This document shows, in pieces, positions 61,985 to 64,000 of a stretch of DNA of 64,000 nucleotides. Source of the DNA: Lytechinus pictus (lineage: Eukaryota); NCBI RefSeq assembly GCF_037042905.1, contig NC_087248.1, forward strand, positions 1,054,001-1,118,000. The letters run 5' to 3'. Numbering within the stretch: the first letter of the stretch is position 1; every line of letters starts with the position of its first letter. The position numbers were made by a program, and so were the translations under genes. Under the pieces are notes generated by a model that saw only the letters and a list, made by a program, of their open reading frames with translations, had not been told where the DNA came from and searched no databases.

Positions 61985-62475
61985 AATGATAATGGTTATG
62001 ATAGTGGTAATGATGATGACAAGGAGGCCAGATGATGATAAGGATGATGAGGATGGTGATGATTATAAAGATGATAATCATGATGATTATGATGATGATC
62101 ATGCTGATGATGAAGATGTCGATAATAGATAATGATATGCTGGTGATAGGCCTCTAATGATAGGCCCTTATTACTGACGATGGTGATTATAACGATGATG
62201 CCAAGACGACAATGCAGAACACTCCAATTCACACGTATATCCACGAAATGAGATATCTATTTGATTCCCATGCTCACTGATACAAAAATGTTTATATTCG
62301 AAGTGTTTGTACTTAATATGTTAAAGGCCTATCACTTGTTGTGATTTCTGTTTTACTATCTTTAGGATTGGTACGATGATAGGCTAATCTGGGATCCTGA
62401 GTTATATGGCGGGATTGAAGGTGTAGTTGTCAACATCGATCAAACATGGTCACCAAAATTATACCTACAAAATGC
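56644..62475 (+). CDS. Divergent nicotinic acetylcholine receptor-like (Cys-loop) subunit, N-terminal exons only; continues beyond the window
   Basis: Exons 56644-56707 (signal peptide MMMRLTIGMLYLSLILLHGGC), 60485-60642 (DQGRLIRHLLDTGYDVREMP...LLVAISDL), 61528-61572 (45 nt, DAKTQILHGTSWLVV), 62366-62475 (110 nt, DWYDDRLIWDPELYGGIEGVVVNIDQTWSPKLYLQNA). The 45- and 110-nt exon sizes and the W.D..L.W.P..YGGI motif are nAChR hallmarks. Confidence 0.88.
57293..59310. mobile_element. Three-level nest: outer MITE (57293-59310) > middle MITE (~57822-59180) > Harbinger-like element (57850-59035)
   Basis: Outer element matches 46322-46906. Middle element GGCCCGTTTCATAAAGCTGTTCGTAA...TTACGAACAGCTTTATGAAAC matches ~60185-60378. 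Inner element TAA|AGCCCCTTTCACAATTGACGTACGAC...GTCGTACGTCAATTGTGAAAGGGGCT|TTA. Confidence 0.85.
60185..60378. mobile_element. Short MITE, empty copy of the middle element of the 57.8-59.2 kb nest
   Basis: AAAGCTGTCCGTGAGTTAAGAGCGACTTTAAGAACGACTGGTGA...CTTAAAGTCAC...TTACGAACAGCT. Confidence 0.7.
61727..62200 (+). repeat. (GAT/GGT)n microsatellite containing an assembly gap (N, 61752-61892)
   Basis: Triplet repeat on both sides of the N run, inside a receptor intron. Confidence 0.9.
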
Positions 62476-62909
62476 GTAAGTGTAACGCCACTGGCGTATC
62501 TGAGGGGTGGGGGTAACCCCTCCCGTGACGGAATTTTAAGGCGTTTTTTTTCAGATTGTTTTATGACGTGAAACTGCTTCTTGAATTGATGACCTTTTTT
62601 TAGTTATTAATATTTACCCCTCCTGACGAATTTTGCCAGATACACCACTAGTAACCCTAGTACAGTCTATGCTGAAAAAAAAAAAAAACCTTGAACACGT
62701 AAATTATGAATGAGATGCCTACATCTTCAGGTTGAAAATGCTAGAAATGGATTATTAAAGTCAGATATTCAAACGAGCAAACAATGAATTTAAATGATAT
62801 AATGGCAAAGTTTAAGCCATGTGGAAAGTGACTTATTCATATTCAATATGAAATGCTCATTCGATATGTGTCAGGGGCAGCTCCAAGATATTTTGAGGGG
62901 GCATAACGA

Positions 62910-63250
62910 TAATAATAATAATAATGTGACTTATAATCCAAATCCACTCTGTAGAGTGCTCAAGGCGCATAAAGAGCTAAGAGTTAAATAAAAAAGTTTT
63001 TAGAAGATTTTTGAAAGTTTCGACAGAGGTACATTTTTTTATGTCTTCAGGAAGGCTATTCCACAAGTGGGGCATGCAAAAGCAAATGATCTTTCCCCAA
63101 AGTTTTTGAAACTTTTGGAATAACAAGGAAGCCAGAAGTGGATGAGCGCAAAGACCTGCTTGGTCTGTAGTAATTGATAAATGAAATTCTATATTGTGGT
63201 GTTATTCCAAGAATACTATGAACAATATCAAGATTGGGTAATTTTCTCAT
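62910..63250 (-). mobile_element. Decayed L2-like LINE 3' end
   Basis: YRPSRSLRSS..FLVIPK..KT remnant of the L2 ORF2 C-terminus, GCGCCTTGAGCAC terminal hairpin region and (TAT)n tail. Confidence 0.65.
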
Positions 63251-64000
63251 TCATAAATAAAGGCCTGATCAGAGTATAAATATAGTAGTACAAAGACATT
63301 TATTTTATCAAATCATTCTTTGTTCATTTATTTTTTCTTTCTTTACCCTTTCCCCCTTTTTCACTATACTTGAAAAATTATAGGGACTGACTTCCCATGA
63401 CCCCCCCCCCCCCTCCCGCCATGACGTCGTCCCAGATTTTTTTTTTCATTTTTTTTTTCTGCTCTGACTCAACTGAGTTGCGCAATTTTGCCCCTGAATC
63501 TATTCTCAAACGCTAACACAGAAAACCTCATTATATATAGTCCAACCTCTCACAAAATAAGAAAGCTAAAATTTAAACATAGGAATGCTCTGTATTTTCG
63601 TGTGTTGATTTTGTGGGCTTCCTCATTAAGATTGAAATATAATTTTCAAAAGTGCCTTATTGGCCCTGCTGAATATATTCCCCCAAAAGAGCATTGTCAT
63701 CAGTTCAAATTGAAAATGATTTAAAGCATTAAATACGCCGTGGTATAAACAGTAATTAATTTATTGCTGTTGCTGCATGGCGTAGTGTGGCTAATGTTAA
63801 TTTACTTTACTTTTTTTCTGATTCGGGGATCAATCAAATTAAGTGATTCAGTGTGAAGTATATAGTTATTCTGAGAAAGCATTGAATATTGGATATTTTC
63901 ATTAAGCTAATACAGAATAAGCGTCTATGCCACCACCCAATCCATATTATATATTAAATATCACGCATTCTCCGCAACACCGATTGAATATCGAATGAAA

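Overview
AT-rich, intron-containing animal genomic DNA. The repeat landscape and gene content suggest an invertebrate deuterostome, probably a sea urchin (inference). I assembled five host genes by hand from splice signals and protein motifs: (1) an intronless rhodopsin-class GPCR running off the left edge (-), missed by the ORF track; (2) a ~10-exon CEP126/KIAA1377 homologue (+); (3) a 7-exon FAM228B-like gene (-); (4) head-to-head with it, a profilin-4 (PFN4) gene (+); (5) the first four exons of a divergent nicotinic/Cys-loop receptor subunit (+) running off the right edge. Introns are packed with mobile DNA: a CR1-type LINE with an open EN+RT ORF, a complete Tc1 DD34E transposon, a Penelope-like fragment ending in a hammerhead ribozyme motif, tRNA-derived SINEs, Helentron-type HINEs and many MITEs, several nested. 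Most notable: the FAM228B/PFN4 divergent pair (recalled as also adjacent in human), an intronic minisatellite that copies a CEP126 exon end and seeds in-frame 42-nt pseudo-exons, the hammerhead motif, and two receptors with altered canonical motifs. Gene names come from remembered motif similarity; no database search was run.
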